Assembly (NCBI GenBank): GCA_016937995.1
Contig: JAFGVM010000063.1
Coordinates: forward strand, 1-51,721
Direction: 5' to 3'
DNA: 51,721 nucleotides
Source: Candidatus Delongbacteria bacterium
GTDB taxonomy: Bacteria; UBA4055
The number at the start of each line of letters is the position of its first letter. Position 1 is the stretch's first letter. Shown piece by piece: positions 38,651-48,078 of the stretch. The notes under the pieces were generated by a model. It searched no databases and was not told the origin of the DNA. It worked only from the letters and a program-made list of their open reading frames with translations. Position numbers and translations under genes: made by a program.

Positions 38651-41151
38651 TATTTTAAGATATTTTTAACCTTGATTGAAAGATCGGTAATATTAAACGG
38701 CTTTTGAATAAAACCACTCCCTCCATTTTCGAGGATCTTGGTTATTTTATTTGTAACACTATAACCGCTTGAAACCAGTACTTTTACTTTCGGATCGATC
38801 TTTTTCAATTCTCTGAATATTTCTTCACCATCCATTTTCGGCATTATCATATCAAGTATAACAAGCTTGATGTTCTCATGCTCTTTTTTAAATATATCCA
38901 ATCCATCCGTACCGCTCATCGCCAAAATAGGTAAATAATTTAAACTTTTCAAAACTTCTGAAGTTGTTTCCAAAACCAATTTTTCATCATCGATTATTAA
39001 AACTTTCTGATTATCACCATAAATTAACTCCTTAGGATCAAAATCATTTTCATCCAGATCTTTTTGAGTGACAGGAAGAAAAATATCAAATATAGTTCCG
39101 ATACCTTTCGTACTGTGCAGAGTTATGATCCCGTTATGGTTTTTAACGATGCCGAATACCGAAGAAAGACCTAGACCGGTTCCTTTTTCTCTATGCTTTG
39201 TCGTAAAGAATGGATCAAACACTCTTTTCTGTGTCTCTTTGTCCATACCTATACCATTATCTTTGATCGATATCTTGATATATTCTCCTGTTGGTAGATT
39301 GTAAGGTTCAACAAAGTCAGAATTCAGAATTACATTTTTTGTTTCAACATATATCTCACCTTTGGAAACAATTGCCTGTGATGCGTTAACCATGATGTTC
39401 AAAATGATCTGATGCATCTGAGTTTTATCAGCCTCTATATTCTTTAGATCCTTATCAAGATTCTCTACAGTTGTTATATCTTTATTTGTGCGAATAAAGA
39501 ATTTCAGTACTGAATTGATTATTTCATTCATATTCAAAGATATAAGATCATACTTGCCACCTTTAGCGATACCAAGCATTTGTTTAGCTAAATTGGATGC
39601 GCTGTCTATATAATTTTCGATCTTTCCCAACTTTTCCGAGCTTTTTTCATCTTCATTGAGTTTTAATTTTAATATGGAGATATTTCCCTGAATACCCATA
39701 AGAATATTATTGAAATCATGTGCAATTCCGGCTGCGAGGTTACCCAAGGCTTCCATTTTTTCAGAATGTTGCATTTTCTCCTGAAATAATCTTTCTCTAA
39801 CTTCAGCTTTCTTATACTCATTAATGTCGGTGCCTATGATCTGAAATTCTGTAATAATACTTTCTGAATTAAATATTGCCCTGACTGTCCAATAGCACCA
39901 AAATTCGTCTATTCCTTTTTTAATCGAATGTTCAAAATTAGTTATCGGATTTTCCAGTGTTAATTTATCCACAAGTCTGACTATTTTGTTCTTATCATCC
40001 TTAAAAAACAGATCATAAATATTGTTGTTCTTAAGTTTTATTTTATCAGTCTTAAAAATATTTACTGCTGTTCTGTTAAAGAACAATATTCTGCCATCTT
40101 TATCAAATCTGCAAATTATTGATGTAATATCTTTTATGATGGCTCTGCAAAGCCTTCTGCTTTCTCTGAGAGATTTTTCTGTTAACTTTCTTTGTTCCCG
40201 GTCATGGATCAAATTATTGTAAGAAGTTATTTTATTTATAGTGTAAAATATCCCTGCTATCAACAGAATTACGATCAATACAGCTTTATAGATAAACTCA
40301 TGCATTTCAGCAATTATTGAACCCTCGTCAATAGAATAAAATATTTTCCAGTAGTTTCCGTATGGCAAATTAAGCTTTATATGAAATCCTATCTTTTTCT
40401 TTGAATCTATCTTGTATTCAATATCCCCTTCATCTTCAGACAGAACTCTTTTTACAACATCAGAAAAATCATCATTTCTCATATTTATTTCATACATACT
40501 ATTTCCATTCTCGGAAATATAATTACTGTTCAGGATTATACCTTTAGCACTTACAACCCGTCTCTCAACTTCACGTTTTTGCAATAATATTTTATCCACA
40601 TACTTATTCAACAGTTCATCAAAGGAAATTAAATACGCGATCGAACCGTTATATTTATCATCAACAAATATTGGATAGTGGATAACTATCGATCTATAAC
40701 CCTGAACTGCATCAAAGACGTCACTTATAACTGGTTCATGAGTGGACAATATTTTTTTCATATGGTCCTGATAGGCGATATTGACACCTAATGCTTTTTC
40801 ATTGTAAGGATAGGTGTATATTATGTTCGCATTGGAATCTGTTCTTGTGATCGCTCTGACAAAACCACCATTTACTTCTATATACATCTTGCTTAACCAG
40901 TCAAGGTCCCCTACCTGTTTAAAATATTTGATAGATTTTCTTTCAGACTTCATCTGGAGATCTTTAGCTATCATATCAAGCTGGGTTTCTATTCCGACAG
41001 AAGTTTGATATGCCAGCATTTTATATTCAGCAAGTTCCTGCTCTATTGACTTATTCTTCATGTCAGTATAGTGTGAATAGAAAACATATGAAAAAGAGAT
41101 CACGAACAATATTGCAATTATTACAGATATACTTACCCTTTTATCACTCAT
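38650..41151 (-). CDS. Hybrid sensor histidine kinase (TM-Cache-TM-PAS-HisKA-HATPase-REC)
   Basis: AHDFNNIL H-box, DNGIGM, FDPFFTTK, GTGLGLS; receiver IIDDE...LDMIMP...FIQKPF. Confidence 0.93.
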   Translation of the reverse strand: MSDKRVSISVIIAILFVISFSYVFYSHYTDMKNKSIEQELAEYKMLAYQTSVGIETQLDMIAKDLQMKSERKSIKYFKQVGDLDWLSKMYIEVNGGFVRAITRTDSNANIIYTYPYNEKALGVNIAYQDHMKKILSTHEPVISDVFDAVQGYRSIVIHYPIFVDDKYNGSIAYLISFDELLNKYVDKILLQKREVERRVVSAKGIILNSNYISENGNSMYEINMRNDDFSDVVKRVLSEDEGDIEYKIDSKKKIGFHIKLNLPYGNYWKIFYSIDEGSIIAEMHEFIYKAVLIVILLIAGIFYTINKITSYNNLIHDREQRKLTEKSLRESRRLCRAIIKDITSIICRFDKDGRILFFNRTAVNIFKTDKIKLKNNNIYDLFFKDDKNKIVRLVDKLTLENPITNFEHSIKKGIDEFWCYWTVRAIFNSESIITEFQIIGTDINEYKKAEVRERLFQEKMQHSEKMEALGNLAAGIAHDFNNILMGIQGNISILKLKLNEDEKSSEKLGKIENYIDSASNLAKQMLGIAKGGKYDLISLNMNEIINSVLKFFIRTNKDITTVENLDKDLKNIEADKTQMHQIILNIMVNASQAIVSKGEIYVETKNVILNSDFVEPYNLPTGEYIKISIKDNGIGMDKETQKRVFDPFFTTKHREKGTGLGLSSVFGIVKNHNGIITLHSTKGIGTIFDIFLPVTQKDLDENDFDPKELIYGDNQKVLIIDDEKLVLETTSEVLKSLNYLPILAMSGTDGLDIFKKEHENIKLVILDMIMPKMDGEEIFRELKKIDPKVKVLVSSGYSVTNKITKILENGGSGFIQKPFNITDLSIKVKNILK

Positions 41152-41302
41152 AGAATTTTTCTCGTTAAATATTCCCCCTACATGTCAATAATATATAGTT
41201 TAAAGATTGTAAAAACAATATGCGAATTATTATAATTTGATTTTATCCGGATTTTAGCTTAAATTATCTATTCACTTAAATAATTATCTCCCGGAATAGA
41301 AC

Positions 41303-42364
41303 ATGATAAAGTATTTTTTGATCTTTTTTCTTCTCACTTTTTCTGCTGGATCATTACTTTACTCAGAGGATCAAAAAATATCTAAAAAAAATAATAAGAC
41401 TGAATATTTGGTCCTACCGTTCGGGTATTATAATCCAACCACCAATTTTGGCTTTGGACTATATTCAATTTTTTTATTTAAAGAAAACTCCAACAGTGAA
41501 AGATCTAGATTGAGAACTGAAATCTCCTACACGCTAAATGATCAGATAATTTTTAGGTATAAATCTTTTTTCTATTTGCAGAATTCCAGACTTTTAATGA
41601 AAGCAAATGTGAAAAAATTCATTTCCAACTATTATGGATTGTCGAACAATTCTGACAATGACAAAGAATCTTATTCCTACTTCAGTACGGATTTTATTCT
41701 TGACTTTAACCGGGATTTACATAAACATTTTTCCTACTCACTTCTATATGACCTTGATCTGTTTCATATAACTAAGTACGATGAAGGAGGAATGCTGGAA
41801 TATGACGGTTTCAATTATGATAAGATAAAATTTAATAATTGCCTAGGGTTTGGTTTTAATTATGAAAATGTCTCAAATAAATTCTTCCGGAACGGAATTT
41901 CTGCTGATATACAATATTTAACATCTTCAAGGATAATCGGCAGTGATAATAATTTTTCTGTATTTAACACTGATGTTAAGTATTTCCTTGCATATAAACA
42001 GAGCTCCATAAATCTTCAATCAGCCTCGAGATTCACCTTTGGAAATGTGCCTTTTACCAAATTATCATCTCTGGGAGGTACTGATAATTTAAGAGGTTAT
42101 CCAGATAAAAGATTTACTGACATGAATATGATATTATTTCAGAGCGAATTCGATTTCAGGATCTATAAAAAAGTATCCGGTTCATTATTCTATTCATTCG
42201 GAGATGTTTTTGATCCTTTCTCAGACTTAAGATTCAATAAATTGAAACAGGGTTACGGTATTGGTTTACTTTATGATCTTTTAGGTACAGCTATCAGAGT
42301 TGATGTAGCCACATCCCCTGAAAATGATATCCAGATCATAGCTACCGGAAATAGAGCTTTTTAA
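41303..42364 (+). CDS. Omp85/BamA-TamA superfamily outer-membrane barrel without POTRA domains
   Basis: Signal peptide, LGG..NLRGY loop-6 motif, GYGIG..., terminal Phe; only 353 aa. Confidence 0.75.
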   Translation: MIKYFLIFFLLTFSAGSLLYSEDQKISKKNNKTEYLVLPFGYYNPTTNFGFGLYSIFLFKENSNSERSRLRTEISYTLNDQIIFRYKSFFYLQNSRLLMKANVKKFISNYYGLSNNSDNDKESYSYFSTDFILDFNRDLHKHFSYSLLYDLDLFHITKYDEGGMLEYDGFNYDKIKFNNCLGFGFNYENVSNKFFRNGISADIQYLTSSRIIGSDNNFSVFNTDVKYFLAYKQSSINLQSASRFTFGNVPFTKLSSLGGTDNLRGYPDKRFTDMNMILFQSEFDFRIYKKVSGSLFYSFGDVFDPFSDLRFNKLKQGYGIGLLYDLLGTAIRVDVATSPENDIQIIATGNRAF

Positions 42365-42393
42365 AATAAAATAACCCCGTCGAACGGAGTTAC
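42364..42393 (-). terminator. Intrinsic terminator for the acc/carboxyltransferase operon
   Basis: Minus strand TAACTCCGT-tcg-ACGGGGTTA followed by TTTTATTT. Confidence 0.65.
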
Positions 42394-42418
42394 ATCAAAA
42401 GATTACATTACATATCAA

Positions 42419-44386
42419 TTATTTCTTATAAGCTATCAATGGCTGATCTTTTACCACACTGTCACCATCTTTACAAAGTACTGCAGTGATCTCACAATCA
42501 AATGGTGCTTCAATACCATTGAACAGTTTCATAGCTTCCACAATACATATTTTTTGCCCTGCAGTCACCTTATCACCCGTTTTGACCAGCTCAGGTTTTC
42601 CAGGACCGTCCGCTATGTAAAAAGTCCCGACCAAAGGTGAATTAATTGTATTGGTATGTTCACTTTTTTCAACAATATTTTCTTCAATGATATCTTCTTC
42701 AACAATAGTTTCTTCAGGAGTTTGAGGAGTTTCAACTTTTTTTGCAGCTTGAGGAACGACAATACCATCAGCTCCTATAGATATTGCAAAATCCCCTTTG
42801 GAAATTGTTAAACCGTCAGCATTCATCCCTGCCGCTGCACTGATTATTGAACTGAGTCCTTTATAATCATCTTTATGTAGTAATTTAGCAGGTTTCTTTT
42901 TTTCAGATTCATTTTTTTTAATTTCTTTAACCACATGCTTGTCAGATCTTTCAATTTCCTGCAATTCAATATCGGCTGGTACTGGATCACGTTCATCTTC
43001 AGGTTGAGAACGCCATTTAAAATATGCCATAGCAGTTTCAGGGAAAATACAATAGGAAATAATATCTTCCTCGCCGTGAATTAATTCAGGGTCCAGTTCA
43101 TCAGCTATCGTTGGAAGCATGGGCTTTATATCATCTGCAGGACGATGATCGATCGGTTTCTCTTTTCCCAATATCATTTTTACAAATTTGTTATCTAAAG
43201 GAACAGGTGACCGACCGTACTTACCACGAACATAATCCTTTACTTCGTTAGGAACTATTTTATATCTTTCCCCGGATAATACGTTCATAACTGCTTGTGT
43301 TCCTACTATCTGGCTTGTAGGTGTAACTAAGGGACAATATCCCAGATCAGCTCTGACCTTTATAACCTCGTCTAAAACAGCAGGTAATTTATGGAGTGAA
43401 TTCTGAATTTCCAATTGGGATTTAAAATTAGATATCATCCCTCCTGGTATTTGATGTATCAAAATCCCAGGATCAACCGTTTCAATTGCCTGGGCATTTT
43501 TCATAATTCTTTTTGGTTTTAGATCCTCGAAATATTTTGCTACCTTTAACAAAGCATCGAAATCGAGATTTGCTGAATAGCTGGTCTCATTAAATATAGC
43601 TGCCAAAGTTTCAACAGGTGGTTGAGCATTTATTCCGGCCATAGATGATATAGCACAATCGATAGCTCCCGCTCCTGCTCTAACACCTTCCACGTAAGCA
43701 GGTATGGCCATTCCGCTTGTACCGTGACAATGAAGTTGGATCGGGATTCCAATTTCTTTATTCAACGCGGTAACTAATTTTTCAGCTGTTAAAGGTGATA
43801 ATATTCCTGCCATATCCTTAATACAAATTGAATCTATTCCCAGGTCCATCTGGTCTTTTGCATCTTTAACATATTTTTCAATAGTATGAACAGGAGAGAT
43901 CGTATATGCGAGGGTTCCCTGTGCATGTCCACCGTATTTTTTAACTGCTTTTATTGCAGCTTCAAGGTTTCTTACATCGTTCAAAGCATCAAATATTCTG
44001 AAAATATCAATTCCATTTTTACAGGCGAGTTCTACAAATTTATCCACGACATCATCAGAATAATTCTTATAACCCACTATATTCTGTCCCCTAAGCAACA
44101 TTTGTAAGGGTGTGTTTTTTGCGTGTTTTTTAATTTCTCTTAATCTCTCCCATGGGTTTTCTCTTAGGAACCTCAGACATACATCAAAAGTAGCTCCACC
44201 CCACATTTCAAGAGAATAATACCCGACATTATCTATAACATCGATAATATCCAGCATATCTTTTGTTCTCATCCTGGTAGCCCAAATGGACTGATGTGCA
44301 TCTCTAAGTGTTGTATCAGTTATTCTTAGAGGAATATCATGCAGTGAATTTGTTTTACTTTTTTCAGTTTTAGATCTTATAGTCAT
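42419..44386 (-). CDS. Pyruvate/oxaloacetate carboxyltransferase (PycB/OadA/5S-type) fused to an AccB-like biotin carrier
   Basis: TLRDAHQS, EMWGGATFD, IKDMAG, LHCH, QIPGGMISN, LVTPTSQIVG; C-terminal SPLVGTFY...CIVEAMKLFN. Start moved to ATG 44386 after an AAGGTGA RBS. Confidence 0.9.
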   Translation of the reverse strand: MTIRSKTEKSKTNSLHDIPLRITDTTLRDAHQSIWATRMRTKDMLDIIDVIDNVGYYSLEMWGGATFDVCLRFLRENPWERLREIKKHAKNTPLQMLLRGQNIVGYKNYSDDVVDKFVELACKNGIDIFRIFDALNDVRNLEAAIKAVKKYGGHAQGTLAYTISPVHTIEKYVKDAKDQMDLGIDSICIKDMAGILSPLTAEKLVTALNKEIGIPIQLHCHGTSGMAIPAYVEGVRAGAGAIDCAISSMAGINAQPPVETLAAIFNETSYSANLDFDALLKVAKYFEDLKPKRIMKNAQAIETVDPGILIHQIPGGMISNFKSQLEIQNSLHKLPAVLDEVIKVRADLGYCPLVTPTSQIVGTQAVMNVLSGERYKIVPNEVKDYVRGKYGRSPVPLDNKFVKMILGKEKPIDHRPADDIKPMLPTIADELDPELIHGEEDIISYCIFPETAMAYFKWRSQPEDERDPVPADIELQEIERSDKHVVKEIKKNESEKKKPAKLLHKDDYKGLSSIISAAAGMNADGLTISKGDFAISIGADGIVVPQAAKKVETPQTPEETIVEEDIIEENIVEKSEHTNTINSPLVGTFYIADGPGKPELVKTGDKVTAGQKICIVEAMKLFNGIEAPFDCEITAVLCKDGDSVVKDQPLIAYKK

Positions 44387-44396
44387 TTTAGTCACC

Positions 44397-45341
44397 TTAT
44401 TTGTTGAAAACACCAATTTTGGAATATTTTTCGAATCTTTGTTTGATTATCTTTGATTCAGAGTAACCTTTGTACTTTTTTAAATACTTTATCAGAATTT
44501 TTTGTACTGATCGGGAAATCGCTGCATAATCGTTATGAGCACCACCTGTAGGTTCTTCAATTATTTCGTCAACAATTCCAAGTTCTTTTAATGGACCTGC
44601 TGTTATCTTCAATGCTTCAGCAGCTTTTTCGGCCATTGCGCCGTCTCGCCAGATTATTGAAGCACAACCTTCAGGAGAGATCACTGAATAGATGGAATGT
44701 GAAAGCATCAGTATTGAATCCCCGACCCCGATACCCAGTGCTCCACCGCTTCCACCTTCTCCAGAAACAACACAGATAATAGGAACTTTTATCTGGGCCA
44801 TCTCTACAAGGTTTCTGGCTATAGCTTCAGCCTGACCTCTTTCTTCTGCTTCCAATCCGGGAAAAGCTCCGGGAGTGTCGATAAAACTTATGATCGGTAC
44901 GTTATATTTTTCAGCCAGTTTCATTAACCTCAGCGCTTTTCTATAGCCTTCAGGTTTTGCCATTCCGAAATTACGTTCAACATTCTCGGATACATTTTTA
45001 CCCTTATTATGACCGATCAACATTACTGGAGCTCCATCAATCCTTGCAAATCCACCTATTAATCCTCGGTCATCCGCGAATCGACGGTCTCCGTGAAGTT
45101 CTATAAAATCGGTGAAGACCAATGTAATATAATCAGCGAAAACCGGTCTTTGATGATGTCTGGCGATCTGAACTGTTTCCCAAGGTGTGAGATTTGAAAA
45201 TTCAATCTCTTTTCTCGAATCTATCATTTTTTCTAGTTTTGATATTTGATCAGAAAACTCTTCATCCTGTGCTTCGGTCATATTTCTTAATTTTTCCAGC
45301 ATCTTTTCCATTTCAGATACTGAGGTCTCTTTTTTTGGCAT
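44397..45341 (-). CDS. accA: Acetyl-CoA carboxylase carboxyltransferase alpha
   Basis: ELHGDRRFADD, FGMAKPEGYRKALR, IDTPGAFPG..AEERGQ, GEGGSGGAL, SVISPEGCASI. Confidence 0.96.
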   Translation of the reverse strand: MPKKETSVSEMEKMLEKLRNMTEAQDEEFSDQISKLEKMIDSRKEIEFSNLTPWETVQIARHHQRPVFADYITLVFTDFIELHGDRRFADDRGLIGGFARIDGAPVMLIGHNKGKNVSENVERNFGMAKPEGYRKALRLMKLAEKYNVPIISFIDTPGAFPGLEAEERGQAEAIARNLVEMAQIKVPIICVVSGEGGSGGALGIGVGDSILMLSHSIYSVISPEGCASIIWRDGAMAEKAAEALKITAGPLKELGIVDEIIEEPTGGAHNDYAAISRSVQKILIKYLKKYKGYSESKIIKQRFEKYSKIGVFNK

Positions 45342-45352
45342 TTACTTCCTCT

Positions 45353-46180
45353 CTATCTGTTATAGAATGATAATACCTGATACAAGGTATTTTTCATACT
45401 GGATCTGTTTGCGATCAAGTCGACAAATCCATGCTCCAGTAAATACTCAGAGGTCTGAAAATCATCAGGTAATTTCTGCTTGATCGTATTTTCAATAACT
45501 CTTCTTCCGGCAAATCCGATAACAGCTCCCGGTTCTGCAATATTAATATCACCAACAGTCGCGAAAGACGCTGAAACTCCACCGGTGGTAGGATCTGTTA
45601 ATACAGAAATAAATGGAACTTTACGCTCATCAAGTCTTGATATGCCTGCACAGGTTTTTGCCATTTGCATCAAAGAAAGTATCCCTTCATGCATCCTGGC
45701 TCCACCGGAGGCTGAGAATATTATTAACGGTATTTTCTTTTCATAGGAATAGTTAGAAGCCAATAATATCTTTTCACCCGTTCCGGAACCCAGGCTTCCA
45801 CCCATGAATCTGAAATCCATGACAGCTACAACTACTTTTAAACCATTTATCTTACCTGTACCTGTTACAATAGCCTCGTTCAGACCTGTTTTTTTTCGAG
45901 TATTTTCCACCTTAACAGCATAACTCTCTTTTGCATCTGTGAACTTTAAAGGATCAGCAGGATAAATTGAGATATTCAATTCCTCAAAAGTACCTGAATC
46001 CAGTATCAATCCTATCCTTTCGTATGAAGTTATTTTGGAATGATAATTACATTTAGGACAAACATTAAGATTATTATGCCAGTCTTCCCTGAATATATGA
46101 TTACCGCACCTTGGACACTTGATCCATATATCTGCGGATCTATTCTCAGTTCTTTTTTTTGATTTACTAAACCAAGCCAT
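45353..46180 (-). CDS. accD: Acetyl-CoA carboxylase carboxyltransferase beta
   Basis: WIKCPRC...VCPKC zinc finger, FMGGSLG, SGGARM.EG, PTTGGVSAS, IGFAGRRVI. Confidence 0.96.
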   Translation of the reverse strand: MAWFSKSKKRTENRSADIWIKCPRCGNHIFREDWHNNLNVCPKCNYHSKITSYERIGLILDSGTFEELNISIYPADPLKFTDAKESYAVKVENTRKKTGLNEAIVTGTGKINGLKVVVAVMDFRFMGGSLGSGTGEKILLASNYSYEKKIPLIIFSASGGARMHEGILSLMQMAKTCAGISRLDERKVPFISVLTDPTTGGVSASFATVGDINIAEPGAVIGFAGRRVIENTIKQKLPDDFQTSEYLLEHGFVDLIANRSSMKNTLYQVLSFYNR

Positions 46181-46221
46181 TAGTTTTACCTGCTTTATTA
46201 TTTTTTAAAAGAAGATTAAAA

Positions 46222-46419
46222 CTAGTTTTCAACAACTCCGTTTATCTCGGTCATAAAATCTTCAACTTTGATTCCGTGTGCGATCAATCCGTCCTCTAAA
46301 CTCTCAAAGCTTGCAGCCATACAGCCTATACATCCTAAGTTGTACTTTACAAATACCGGGTGTGTCTGTGGATATTCTTTTAAAATATCTGTTATTGACA
46401 TTTCTTTTTTGATCTTCAT
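46222..46419 (-). CDS. DUF1858 / redox-disulfide small protein
   Basis: I.DIL..YP...VF..Y.LGCIGC.AA.FESLEDG..AHG. Confidence 0.85.
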   Translation of the reverse strand: MKIKKEMSITDILKEYPQTHPVFVKYNLGCIGCMAASFESLEDGLIAHGIKVEDFMTEINGVVEN

Positions 46420-46437
46420 TTTTATCTCCTTATAATT

Positions 46438-46794
46438 TTAATTGTTCAAAAGTTTATCTCTTGCTTCAAGGGCCAGTCTCAGGCTGTGTGATTTCTTTTC
46501 AGGAATTCCTCCAAGAAGTTCATCCATTTGTTCAAATGTTATACTCTTCGCATCCTGAATAGTTTTACCTATCAACATTGTACTTAATAATGAAAATGCA
46601 GTAATGGTTCCACTGCATGCTTTAAGCTTATACTTAAAGTCAATTATAATACCGTTATCTATTTTTGCAAAAGCCTGAACAGTATCGAAACATCCACCCT
46701 CTTCATTTTTTACTGAACATTTTGAATCTGCTCCTTCAATAACTCCAATATTTTTTGGAGCTGCAAAATGCTCCATATAAGTTTTTGAATACAT
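46438..46794 (-). CDS. IscU/NifU-N-like scaffold protein lacking the third Cys
   Basis: MYS..YMEHF..PKNIG, GCFD, ACSG, LGGIPEKKSHS. Start set at ATG 46794. Confidence 0.8.
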   Translation of the reverse strand: MYSKTYMEHFAAPKNIGVIEGADSKCSVKNEEGGCFDTVQAFAKIDNGIIIDFKYKLKACSGTITAFSLLSTMLIGKTIQDAKSITFEQMDELLGGIPEKKSHSLRLALEARDKLLNN

Positions 46795-46798
46795 GTGA

Positions 46799-48061
46799 TT
46801 ATTTTCCCTGCATGATTTTTTCGATCTCATTAATTTCTACCGGTATCGATCTTGAAAGATTCTCATGTCCGGTCGAAGTAACTAAAATATCATTTTCCAA
46901 TCTTATACCGATACCTTTTTCCGCTATATATATACCTGGTTCTACAGTAATAACATTGTTTTTTACCAGTGGTTTATTTCTGTCGCCCACATCGTGAGTA
47001 TCAAGACCGAGAAAATGGCTAACACCATGGTAATAATAAGAGGATAATTCCTCTTTCTTTTTAAGTATCTTAAGCTTCTTTAATCCTTTGAACAGAACAT
47101 CTTTGGATATTTCCTGCAGTTCCATCAATGTAACTCCGGGTTTTACTGCCTTAGTAACTTCTTTCAGAGCAGTAAGGACAACATCATAATATTTTTTTTG
47201 ATTTTCACTGAACTTCCCCTTTACTGGGAAAGTCCTTGAAATATCCGCTGCGTAATTTTTATATTCAGCACCGGTATCTATAAGTATCAGATCGTTCTTT
47301 TGTGTTTTCTTATCATTTTGTTCATAATGTAAAATAGTTGCATCTTTCCCTGAAACTGCGATTGTTTGAAATGCAGGTTGTTTTGAGCCATTTTTAACGT
47401 AATTATAAAGCAAAATAGCCTCACATTCATTTTCAGTAATCCCGGTCCTAGTCTTAGACAGCAGATCTCTTATAGCAATTTCAGTAATCTCAACAGCTCT
47501 TTTCATCATTTTTATTTCATATGGGCTTTTTATACTCCTCATTTCATCTATTATCTTATTAACAGCTGATATCTTAATAAAGTTGAATCTTCTTCTTAAG
47601 TTTGAAGCGAATACTTGGGTGTATGACGGTATTATCTCATCAACTGTACTTTCGTTATACATGTATACATTTTCAATTCCGTAGCCACTGAAAAGCAATG
47701 TATAAATATCCCCCAGTTCCTTGATACTGTTTATACTCTTTATTCCTGAAATTTTAATTATCTCTTCATCTGTAAAATCTTTACCTATCCACTTTTCCAA
47801 ATTTTTATCCAGTATATTTCTGTAGATCCTGGAGGTTGTAACTCCCCCGATCTTTGTCATTACAAGAACTGCTCGGTTAAGTTCCAAACCAGTAAAATAG
47901 AAGAAATTACTGTCCTGCCTGAATTTGTAGAAAGTATCAGCGTTCTTTATTTTGTTTACGGAAGACATAATGAATACTACAGAATTATCATCTACTTTAT
48001 TGAACAGCTTTTTTCTGTTTGAAATAAAAAATGTTTTCGGGAATTCTAGGTTCTTCAGCAT
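46799..48061 (-). CDS. pepP: Xaa-Pro aminopeptidase (M24B)
   Basis: FRQDSNFFYFTG, LIDTGAEY..YAADISRT, HGVSHFLGLDTHD, TVEPGIY, GIRLENDILV. Confidence 0.9.
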   Translation of the reverse strand: MLKNLEFPKTFFISNRKKLFNKVDDNSVVFIMSSVNKIKNADTFYKFRQDSNFFYFTGLELNRAVLVMTKIGGVTTSRIYRNILDKNLEKWIGKDFTDEEIIKISGIKSINSIKELGDIYTLLFSGYGIENVYMYNESTVDEIIPSYTQVFASNLRRRFNFIKISAVNKIIDEMRSIKSPYEIKMMKRAVEITEIAIRDLLSKTRTGITENECEAILLYNYVKNGSKQPAFQTIAVSGKDATILHYEQNDKKTQKNDLILIDTGAEYKNYAADISRTFPVKGKFSENQKKYYDVVLTALKEVTKAVKPGVTLMELQEISKDVLFKGLKKLKILKKKEELSSYYYHGVSHFLGLDTHDVGDRNKPLVKNNVITVEPGIYIAEKGIGIRLENDILVTSTGHENLSRSIPVEINEIEKIMQGK

Positions 48062-48078
48062 TTTTGATCCTTATTGAT

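Noticed and set aside
42419-44386. Na+-pumping oxaloacetate decarboxylase alpha subunit
   Set aside because: No oadB/oadG nearby, the biotin domain is AccB-like and the neighbours are accA/accD. Not fully excluded without the rest of the genome.
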